The notes under the pieces: generated by a model
What the model saw: the letters and a program-made list of their open reading frames with translations, nothing else
Told to the model about the DNA's origin: nothing
The model's database searches: none
Program-made: the position numbers and the translations under genes
Assembly: GCA_002189035.1 (NCBI GenBank)
Contig: CM007991.1
Location: 4,154,001 to 4,218,000, forward strand
From: Utricularia gibba
Taxonomy: Eukaryota; Plantae; Magnoliophyta
DNA: 64,000 nt
Direction: 5' to 3'
Part shown: one piece after another, positions 1 to 11,133 of the stretch
Position numbering within the stretch: position 1 is the stretch's first letter
How the letters are laid out: each line of letters opens with the position of its first letter

Positions 1-7
1 TTTATAG

Positions 8-450
<443 letters not shown>

Positions 451-1584
451 GCTTGACAGCAGCCAGCCTTTGGTTTGCAGCAAATGTTTTGCCGCCGTTT
501 GCATTGCTGTAGTTGCCGTACAAGAGAAAAAAAGAACAGGGGGTGATGATACTTGACGGTAACTACTGAACCATCATCATCATTCATCATTCTTGAGTGT
601 TGAGATTGATGCATCTGTTTCTTTCCGAGTCATGGCAGAAATAGGAGTCTTCTTGTTAGCCTGAGCCTTGGCAGACTGAATCCTCTTTCACTGTGTAATT
701 AAATCAATAACTCTTGGGGGTTCATAAATGAGCATCTGCCATGACAAATGACACAATAGCAATTACGGTATCTCATTCGTTTCTGAGTTGCTGGTAAACC
801 TTGAACAGAAATGAGAGTTTCCTTAGTTGCATTGTCTGACGAAAAGCCTTGGAACTGGGAGAGATTTATTATGATGGTGTATTGCATTGTCTTCATCACC
901 TCCATGGGGTGCTTCATCTGCATGCAGAGACAAGACTTCCAAAGCATCCAAATGACCAACTGTAGAAGGTGCGCTGGACCGTTCGGGTCGGACTCTTTTT
1001 GCCTCAGATTCACCAGCACCATCTCGCTGCTTCTGCACATCGACCTTTTTCACTGAATCCAAGCCCTGGTCACATGTTGCTGGCTATGCACCACAATCTA
1101 GGGAAATAATTAGGTTATGTTTAGTTTTAATAAAATAAAAGCTAGATATTTATAGCTTATGAAAAATAAGAAATGTTTTTAAATTTATAGGTTTTTAAAA
1201 TAAGAGTCACTAATAAAATTGTTTTTAGAAAACTTTTTCAGAAACAAAATTATTTACAAAAGAACAAATTTTGATAATTTTTATGTACTCTTATTCATTA
1301 GTTTTAAGACCGAATAATGCATGTTAATTATTAATTTATTAATTAAATATATATTTGAATTTTTTGTATTTAAATAAATAATTATTATGTGGTTATAATT
1401 AAAATATATTTGGTATATAATTTTTGAAGATATATAATTAAGATATTATGAATCCCAATTCTTAAATTGGGATGTCTAAGTATGAATAGAGTTATGTGAA
1501 TTGATTATAAGTGGTATGAATCACGGTTTGAATTCTTATGAACTATTTGTCCGAATCAATTATTTTTTATAATACTAATTATAT

Positions 1585-1601
1585 AATATATATATATATA
1601 T
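1585..1601. repeat. (AT)n microsatellite in AT-rich, MITE-like intergenic tract
   Basis: Run of atatatatat seen directly; the flanking 1100-1860 region is very AT-rich. Confidence 0.7.
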
Positions 1602-2023
1602 GATATACATTATTTATCATTTATACATTAATAAAATAAAATACGATTGAGATTTAAGATAATTAATATTTAAAATTTATAAACGATTTTTATTTGGAAC
1701 CGTACCGAAATCGATTAAGAATCGAACTAAAATCAATTGATAATTAGATCAAAACGGATTAAAAACTGAAATTGACCATTTAGATAAAAACTAGTTAATC
1801 AAAATATTTAATCGGGTTGAATGCCGGTTATTGCCATAGGGGACCGATGCACAAACATCTCTAAATACTTCTTTAGAGTTGAGTTTGATGTTTTATATTG
1901 GAATGTAATTAATATGTAAAAAAGGAGGAGATTAGAAAACGAAAAGAACTCCCCATCCGATTTATGTGGATGGGGTTGAGATGCTGAAAAAGAAGAGAGA
2001 ATACCCAGGGCAATCGATTTGGG

Positions 2024-3537
2024 ATGGAGGCGGGAGTTTTCGTCCGTTCCTCGGTTCCGTTGACCCCTATGCGCCGCCGTCTTAGTCCTTGCTCGTTATT
2101 GATTGGGGCTTCTCTTGGAACACCGGTATTCTAGGCTCGATGAACTTCATTTCTTCCTTCCTTTTCTTTTTTTTTTTGTTTTTTTTTTGTAGCATGAAAA
2201 ATTCGATTAATGATGGTCTTGGACTGAAGGAAAGGTTGGGAATAGTGGGTCGAAGTCGAAGAGGGAATGGGTCGCAAATTGGGTGCGAAAGAATGACGAT
2301 ATTGTGCGAAATTTGCCGATTTCTGTTGGTGGAGTGTCGCTTGTCGCCGTGCTCTTAAATCGAACTATTTCAGGCATTGCACCTGTTGCCGATGCCAGCA
2401 GGTTGACTAACTCTTCGTTTTTTGTTCGATCAAACGATTGTTATTGATTGCTAAAGGCAATTATAATTAAGCGTTGCGTTTTCCCTCGACTGCCAGTTCA
2501 CAGTCTAGAGCGGATCTCCTAACACTAGGTTTGGCGGTGACCAACATTTTGAATGGTCTTGTATGGCTCTCTATTCGCCCAAAGGCTGTTTCTGTGGTGA
2601 GAAAAGATGCGTCTTTTTGAAGTCTCTATCTTTCGTCTCGCTTTTCGAATATGAAGTCAAGTTTTCAGGTAAATCCTGATGGGCTGGAATGTGAAAGGGT
2701 ATCTCATCACCTACCAGATACAGTCGTTTCTGAGTTACTGTGGTAATGTTCCTTCTTCAATGGCAACAATAAGAAGATAGTGATTATCACCAGCCAGCGA
2801 GTTCCAAAAGTTTTTTGAAATTCAAAGTCATGCTTGTTGTTGTGATTCGTATCAGGTCTTGGAAATCTCTATCAGATGCTACATGCTGTAGGTCTCTGGT
2901 TATTGTTTACGAAGGCGTGCGTATTTTGCAAATAGGGTATGCGAGCATATCGAGTGTGGATGAAACTGAACCCGTTTCTGTGGATGTTGATAAGCTGATG
3001 CAGGGTTCCATCTACAGTGCCATATTGAAATCTGGATCACGTGAGATGTTTTCTTTGTTTTGTTAGCTGTTACTTTTTAACATTTTCTAGCTACACTTGA
3101 GTAAAGTGGATAATTTGTATCCTATTTTTCAGAAAGTTACTTGGCGAATCTCTCTCTCTACCCTGGGAAGTCTGAGCTTCCATTTCTACCTTCAAACACT
3201 CAGGTGCTCGTGGCTTACATTTTTCGTCTTGTTATATCTTCTATCCTCACGATTTGAAACTGAAGATCGACACTTTCTAGGCGGTTATATTACAACCCCT
3301 TGGGGACAAAGGAATTATGATTGTTGGTGGCAACACAATTCGTGGATTTAATGTTTCTGATCAGGTAAATTCTGGGTCAAAGTATGTGTACTTTTTTGAG
3401 CTCTTACTGTTCTATTTCTAAGTTCACATCCCAAATTCTGGTGATGAATTCAGGCGTGGATCACATTAATTGCCGAAAAGTTGGATGCAACGCTTGCAAA
3501 AGTTGTGGACAAGATTCCATTTGCAGAGAAAAGCTGA
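2024..3537 (+). CDS. CCB4: Cofactor assembly of complex C subunit B CCB4 (heme ci attachment to cytochrome b6), chloroplast-targeted
   Basis: Eight exons: 2024-2125, 2235-2401, 2497-2596, 2669-2742, 2856-3040, 3133-3203, 3281-3364, 3454-3537. All phases are consistent; the exon 2 acceptor is the least certain. Translation includes SQSRADLLTLGLAVTNILNGLVWLSIRPK, SYLANLSLYPGKSELPFLPSNTQAVILQPLGDKG and SDQAWITLIAEKLDATL, matching the CCB4 family as I recall it. Confidence 0.93.
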
Positions 3538-4522
3538 AAATTACCTGGCTTTTTCGACTGCCACTGGATATCGTTGGAAGAGAGAGCAGAGAGATAGAGT
3601 GATCTAGAAATAAAAAAGTAGCGTTTTTTTCAATACCAAAACGTCAATTTGTTCAATCCACGATCTCGAAAGACCACGTTGCTCTATTCGCTCGTGAGAT
3701 TAGGGAATCTCAGAGCCCTAAAAACCCTGATTATGATGTACTTCAAAAAAAAAAAAAAGAAGAATCACTGAGTAGATGGATACTTTTTTCTTTATGGATT
3801 TCACCTTTTACCCGATTGTCTGGGTCCCCGCCCCAGCGGACAATCTCGCAAGTACTCATTTTCCACCGCTGGCTTTCTTGCTCAACTGGCAGAGCACCCT
3901 CATCCTCCATCTGGACCCTCATTCTGAGGTTTTAACTATCCCTACTGGTTTATGAAGAATCTGCATTCTCCCGTTCCAAATTTTTTGTATTTGCTGTGGG
4001 TTGATTCATCTGGGTTGAACCTTTGCTTTTTCAGGTGAAATGAATTTTTTTCGGGCTGACCCATCTGATGTCTTCTTCATTTCATGGAATGAGTTGGAAA
4101 GATAGCGCTTTTCTTCACGCTTGGGGCAACTGCATTCGGTACGGTTGCAGGGAAACCTTAAAAGAAGGTAGCTTTTAGTGATTTCTTTTCAGCGTGTAGT
4201 CCCTAGTTTATCTAGGGAGTGAGATACTGTGATTTGATTTGACGGTAGGAAAGTGATGTTCTGAAAGACGGATGCTTTAGGGGAAAAACACCATTGCACA
4301 TGGGCTTGTGAGTGTCGGCGTTTCATTTTCTTATTCTTGTCCGCATCTGGGCAGCGTTCTTGATCTCCGTTGGATTTGTGGAGTTAAAGAAGTTGCAGCA
4401 CCTCTCGCATTTAGAATTGTTGATTGATCGGGATTCTGCTCGTTCCCATGCTAGTCCTATCTCTGTTCTGGTTAACTTGTTGCAGGTTCCAGGAAAAGGC
4501 AAGATCTTGAACTTTGGAATAG

Positions 4523-6417
4523 ATGGATCAGTCTGATGCAAGACTGGAAATGTCGGTTTCCTTTGGTAGGTTTGAGAACGACGCACTTTCATGGGAGAAA
4601 TGGTCATCTTTCTCACCGAATAAGTATCTGGAAGAAGTTGGAAGTTTGTCGACTCCTGGATCAGTAGCGCAGAAGAAGGCATACTTTGAAGCTCACTACA
4701 AGAAGATTGCAGCCCAAAAAGCCGAGGCACTGGAACAAGAAAAGGCGACGAGCCAAAATGTTCCGGATCTGGATGTTTCAAGTGATGAAGCTTCTGTTGA
4801 GAATTCATGTGAGATTTACCATGGATCAGGAAGCTCGAATGGTGCAAAGCTAATTGAACACAAATTTGAGGAATTTTGCTTCAGTATTTCTCCTCATGAG
4901 AGTATTAACAGGGAAATATTGGATGACAGTGAAGCCACATCCTCTGGAGTCTTCGAACCTGGTTCATGTCATACTGCTTTGATGGATACAGTAACCTGCG
5001 ACGATGAACCATTAAATGATGTGATTGCAGTGAACGATGGTAGCTCTGTAGTTGAAGAAGCTCCTGATGATTTGAATGGTTTTGCTCATCTTTCGATGAC
5101 AGATGCTGAATCCAATACGATTGATTTTTATCCCAAGTGTTCTCCGGGTACTGCTGCTCTAGGGAGACCTGTTCCAGTTGAGGTGGTGGACTCCAATCCG
5201 AATGATGCTGGAAATGTGGCTCCGAAGGTAACATTGGAGACATGCAAGCATTTTATCCATTGTTTTTGGTGATGCTCATCATGTTTTTTCTTGTCTTTTT
5301 CTGTTTTGCATATGATTTCCAGATAACTCGGACAAAGGAGAGAAGTTTATCTAGCAGTAAGAAGAAAGTAGCATCACCAGTGATCAAGCAAACGCCTACT
5401 TCTATGAATTCAAGGACGCGGCGAATATCCACTCCAACCTCTGCTGCTCAATCTCTGAAGCAGAAGAATGGAACGCCACAGCTACAAAACAAGAATCATC
5501 CTGTTGTAGATTACAAAAGAAGACTAGTGCCCACATCATTGCACATGTCCCTTAATACGGGCTCTGCAGTTTCTTTAGGTGACCCATCTTCGATGATGAG
5601 GAAGTCGTCAATAATGGAAAAGCTGGGGGATAAGGATATTGTTAGACGTGCTTTCAAATCTTTCCAGAAGAGGGACTTCGCTTGTTCCGTTTCCCAGAAT
5701 CCAAGTCCATTGAAGAATGTAAGCGAAGTAGCTTGATGACATTGTGCTGTATTTCTTGTGTCTCATATTGTACTGCTAATGCAGGAGTCACCCGCTGCCA
5801 TCAAACCGAAGATATCAGTTCCTCGCACACTCGTAAAGGTGAATGGAAGGTAAATCATTTCCTGCATCACCTTCACTCTGAAATTGATGTGGCAAAAAAA
5901 CTGAGGGTCATGTTGAATCCCCTCCACTTCTGATGCACTTGCTGATTTTGTCCTGTCTGGTGCGTATGAATTCCAGGCTTAGTGCATCTACTCAGAATCC
6001 TGAAAAACGTGTAACGCCAAGATATCCATCTGGAGCAAGATCAAACCCTCTGCCTTCAGGGTTAGACTTTTCTCTTCCCTGGTGATGATATCAAAATGCT
6101 TTCTATTTAAAGTCATTTTGATTCGTACTGTAAACGCAGATCACGTAAGATGCTTACCCCTGATAAGAAATATGCGACTGGTTCATCACCTCATACCTTG
6201 ACGAAGGATGAAAGAGCCGAAAAGCGGAAAGAGGTATGCTTTTGCAGTGAGCTAGATTTTCTATCTCTGGTTCCTTTCATGGTATACTCCATTTCGGCTT
6301 AGTTATGCGTTTAACGACATGAACCTGAAGCAGTTCATCAAGAAGTTGGAGGCAAACTCAATTGCCAGAGCAGCTGAAAATGCTCACCGCAGCACAACAT
6401 CCAAGCCGAACTGTTGA
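4523..6417 (+). CDS. WVD2-like 7-type / TPX2-family microtubule-associated protein (~475 aa)
   Basis: Exons 4523-5227, 5323-5718, 5785-5849, 5977-6060, 6140-6233, 6334-6417, all in phase. Hallmarks: N-terminal SVSFGRFENDALSWEKWSSFSPNKYLEEV...VAQKKAYFEAHYKKIAA, central PTSLHMSL/MEKLGDKDIVRRAFKSFQ, C-terminal DERAEKRKEFIKKLE. Confidence 0.88.
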
Positions 6418-6870
6418 CTGTTTCTGATGACTTACATCACTCGAACACCGATATGCTGCCATGCAAGTTGGTGTGTCAAGAGCAAAGAACTTCATCGTCC
6501 ATCAAACTAGTGAAATTCTTCGTTGCTGTGTTAGAAGAGGTACTTTATAACAAGCATGATATGCATACTTTTCTGTAATATGTCTGGGGGTGCATGCCAT
6601 CTTCCTATCTGGGGGCACCTCAAGGCTTTAAAAAAAATCATGGCGATTCTTAAGATCTACTAAAAATCATGGCGGAGTTGTGCCCAACTTTTACATTGGA
6701 AAGTTAGTTGAAGTCCATAAGAAAAAGAAAAGAGTATCCGTTATCTCAATTTACTCCTTTAAACTGTAAAATCGATGTCAAGTGTTTTACACTCGAGAGA
6801 ATTAAATACGCAGCAGCGGCCATTTCTTCACAATCTATACAAAAGCTCACCTTCATTGACGGGTGGTGAG

Positions 6871-8914
6871 TCATCCTGCCTGGGATTTCTCCTGGTCACT
6901 AGAACTATTCTGGGAAGCATCAACCATGAAATTTGTCGGAAGTTTGGGGAACTTGAAGACCCTTGGAGATGATGCTAATGATGTATCGGCAAATGATGAT
7001 CCAGGCTTCCTCTTCTGTACGTTTCTTGCAATCTCAACACAGGCTTGATCAACCAATGTTAAGAAATCATTTGCAATCACAAATAGGGAGAGAGGATTTG
7101 TGTCACTTAATGATCCAGGGTAATAGTATCCTGTGGTTTCTTTCAAAAAATCCATTACTCGGGTTCGCTCTTCTTGGATCAGTTTCATCTCAATCTCAGC
7201 TGTTGCAAGGAACCCCCTCATTCTTTTGTAAAATTTTCCTTCAGTTCCACATTGCACCAGCATTTGCTGTACATCAGACATCTGGGTTGCTAAGCTTGAT
7301 ATTGTCTGAAAAAGAGCATCATGGTCTATGGCTGCTACTTTTTTGACGTTGGGGAATTCTGAACTTAGACCACCTACAACTGGCAGTCCCAGTATCATGT
7401 AGTCTCTTTCAGTATCACTGTTCATCACTGAGGAATCGGAATCGCTTTCGCTATAACTCCGGTTTCTGTTAAGCACGCAGCGCTTTCCCTCAGAGCGAAC
7501 TATTTCATGGACAACAAAATGAAGGAGAGTTGTCTTTCCATCATAGCTTTTGACATCAGACAATTTTTTCAGAGCTGTGATGTTGAAAGCCTGCTTCATG
7601 CTTCCTCTTGATGCACTGGAGCTCAATCTTTCCCCAGACTTGAGAACAGCTTCCAAAAGCTTCAAGAACAGCCCACTGGCTCTTAGTTCTTTGCTGGCTG
7701 ACTCAATGAACTGTAACGATTCCTTAACTTGCAAAACCTTGGACTCAAATGTTGTCCTAAAGAGCATCACATTGAGACGAGTGAAGGCAGAAGGCAAATC
7801 CTTGATGAGATGATAGAGGAACGATTCAGCCTCTGCAAGTCTAGCGGGATCTCCATTGAATGCAACAAGTTGAGATGCTTCTTGTTGACTTGGAGCAATT
7901 TTTGCAAGCTTTTCAATGGTGTCTGTGTTTAATCCTTGTCCTTCAATCAAAGCATTAGTGATTTCTTTACCTGTGACACCTAGAGACTTGAGCAAAACTG
8001 CAGTGCTCTGAGATTTAACTGGATCAAAGATGAAAATATGGGAAGGTGGGGATGCTTTTTCCCCTCTGGGAGATTTCCTGTTAGCCGCCACGGATCCAAA
8101 CAAAGCTTCCATGAGATCCCCTTCGTATCTGCATTGACAGAGTAATAAGGCAACATCCTAAACCTAAAAGAAATTGACTTTCGATGGAAAAGATTAGAGT
8201 CTGAAGGAGATACCCTTTTTCAATCTTGCGCAACTCCATAGAATGATCAGAATCTGCAGATTTGGGTATTCTCAATGAAGCATCGGACATCCGCGGTGCC
8301 TGCGGAGGTGCAGACGGCGGAGGGGTTACTTGTGTATTCTCCGACCACACAGGGCTATCGGAAGTAGAAGATTCGCCTAGGAGTAGAGGGACTTTTTGTA
8401 CTTCCGACGGCTTCCTTCTTTCTCTGCCATCAACCGTTACTCTCTTCTCTTGTTCCATGTGCTCCTCCTTCGACCCCTCGTAAATCTGCTTCTTGAAGCT
8501 GACGCTATTGGCTTCCATCTTCTTTAAATACAAAACATCCAAACCATTCTCATCCACGATCACCCCCTTCAAATTCGAATTCACGCGAAGAAACCCATCG
8601 CTCACCGGCAAAGCCTCAATCTTCTCCCCTCCCCAAAACTTCCTTTTTCTGAACCGCATAAACAAAAATAAACCAAGCGCAAATAAACCCACAGTGGCAG
8701 CAAACGTCGCACCTACAGCTATCCCCACGGCCCCACTCCTCGATAGCCCAGTCGCCGTTGGCTCCACCGGCGGTGGCGGCGGCGGCGGAGGCGGTGGAGA
8801 GGTGATAGACGGGTAGTAATACGGGTAATCATATCCCGTCGAAAATGTTTGTGAAAATGCGCCAGTCACATCGGAAACGAAGAGAAGAATCAAGAGACAT
8901 ACGCATGCACCCAT
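6871..8914 (-). CDS. Class I, group Ie formin (FH4/FH7/FH8-like), 652 aa, divergent FH2
   Basis: Exon 1 is 8914-8214 and exon 2 is 8128-6871, with an 85-nt phase-2 GT-AG intron. Order of parts: signal peptide, extracellular S-P10, TM helix (AVGIAVGATFAATVGLFALGLFLFM) plus RFRKRK, GOE motif KGVIVDENGLDVLY, then FH2 (GDLMEALFG, KLSDVKSYDGKTTLLHFVV). Confidence 0.92.
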
Positions 8915-11133
8915 CGGAAGCCCGAACTCGAATCCAACCCTTAATCTCCGTCGACTCAAGCTGCCGCCGTCAGCTCAAAGCGATGCTGGTACCGTGTATT
9001 TAAGCTGCCTTCCGCAGTCCCACTTTTCTCCTCCTGGAACTTCAACAACGAAGAAGATAACTAAAATACATTTTGAAAATTAAGCACCGTCTTTATCTAA
9101 TAATCCAGGTTTAAATTTAATTAATTTCCAAACCATTTTTTATTTAATTTATAGGTATTTATTTTCGCCAGTACATTATAATAAATTTTTTTAATTAAGT
9201 GGCTGGAGTAGATGAGCTCACATTCATTTTCCCCTCAATTTAATTATATTTTTCCCAAAATAATAAAAATTCACAACCAACCACCTTATCCAATCATAAT
9301 TGACGACGCAGTCAACTGTACAGCGCACATCCGGCATTCAAGACGTATGCAATTTACATGATTTAATATTTTCCGATAAATATATAAAAATTAAATTAAT
9401 TTCATCGCTATAATGCTACCAGAAAAAAAATTGAAATAGTTTTTTTTATTGACTTTTGGAAATTAAATAATGGAAATAATAGGAAATGATTTTGTTAAAT
9501 AAGGATGGGGGCGTTAGGGGGGCTGAGGTCAAACTTCCGAGGACTGATAGCCCTGTGTGGTTTGACTTGGGCCAAGTCAAACTTAGAATATTGTATTCTA
9601 ATGGGGCCAAAGTGTAAACTCTAGAAACTTGTGGTTGGCTGACGGGTGCGGTTGGCGCGTCGCATCTAGAACACAGGCGGACGTACAATGAACGTTGGAC
9701 TCGGACACCTTGACTCGGCCTGCGTTTCACACTCTGGACGCCCTAATTGTCAACCCTGATTCAAAACTTGTCTGCATTATTGAGATTTTTAATATTTTTT
9801 ATTTAATTATTTCGCTTTTATGTCTAAATGTTTACTATTTTTTTAATGTAGAATTGGGGTGTCGCTCTCATGGATGATATAGACACTTTGTTTTTTTTAC
9901 CCCAATTGAATATTATTTTTCACAGATTTAATAAAATAACAATATAAAAAAGTTTTAATATTTGGTTTTAATTAGAAATAATATAAAATGGTATGATAAC
10001 GAGGGCACGTTCAACGTTGATTTAAACGAATCCGTGCAAATAAAAAATACCATAATTTATTATATTATTTTAAATTCATTTAATTCCATCATGAAACCTT
10101 TAATTAATTTAAGAACATGTTCACCTTGGGCTTGTAAGCCCATTACGTTTTTAAGCCATAGCCCATTTAACTAATGGGCTGAAAATAAAAGCATTTTGAT
10201 TTCATCAATGGAACATTAATTTTTTTGGGCCGTAGCCCATTTAATTTTCTTTTAATGAGTTGGCTGCTATGGCCCACTATGTGGTCAATGGGTCAAATCG
10301 ATGCAGTGATGTCATTTTGGATGTAGTCAACTACCGTATCTCTGACTTGGACGATATGCGCATGATGCATGTACTTGGTAAAGACTTTTTTTAATAAAAT
10401 AAAATAGCTATGTATGTTTAGGTTTCATTATATAATTTGAGGTGCATCTAATCAATAAATATTCAATTTACTAAATATCAAATATTTTAATTTCTCGTAT
10501 TCATTGATAGTTAACAAATTTTAAATAATTACAATGATGTAAGTTGAAATGAATTTCACACATTGAATTATATTGAGCCTGTTGTATATTTTGAATCTAT
10601 AATTTGAATTATTTAAAATATAATCAATGCTGAGATTATGTAAGAATAAAATCAGTTTAAAATTATAAATTATTTTATATAATAATATAAAGTTATATTA
10701 TAAAATAAATTATATATTATAGAGTTTAATATATTAAATTACATATATAAATTAAAATTATAGGATATATTTTTTAAAGTAGATAAAAATAAACAGAATA
10801 TTTTTTTAATTAATCTATTATTTATGTATTAAAATATAAAATTAAAATTAATAATTTATTAATTTAGTTATAGACTATGAATTTTTAGTTTTGTAGAATA
10901 TAATAAATAATATTTTTAAAATAACTACAATGATGGAAGATGCAATGGATTTCACAAATTGACTTATTTTGAATTGTGTGATTCTTTTTATTAAAAAAAA
11001 TAATGAAATTTATTACATACTTTGAGACAGATATTCTCTTGTCTAACCAATGAAAGATGTCGACGAGGTTAGCCAAACTCGTATCCTTGTATTCACATTC
11101 ACTCTCATTTCTACCGAAAATCAAATTAGTGGT

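Noticed and set aside
543-570. C-box/D-box pair (GTGATGA...CTGA)
   Set aside because: Only ~27 nt apart, too short for a snoRNA; lies in the PP2A 3' UTR.
2140-2192. Strong poly-T acceptor (TTTTGTAG) in CCB4 intron 1
   Set aside because: Using it leads to an in-frame TGA before the conserved region; the acceptor at 2234 fits the protein.
3281-3364. Suspected frameshift in CCB4 exon 7
   Set aside because: A recount shows 84 nt, in frame (RGFNVSDQ).
4323-4847. Long antisense ORFs opposite real exons (e.g. 4323-4847, 7550-7813, 8493-8816, 26766-27224, 57790-58221)
   Set aside because: Shadows of GC-balanced coding sequence on the other strand or frame; no recognisable motifs.
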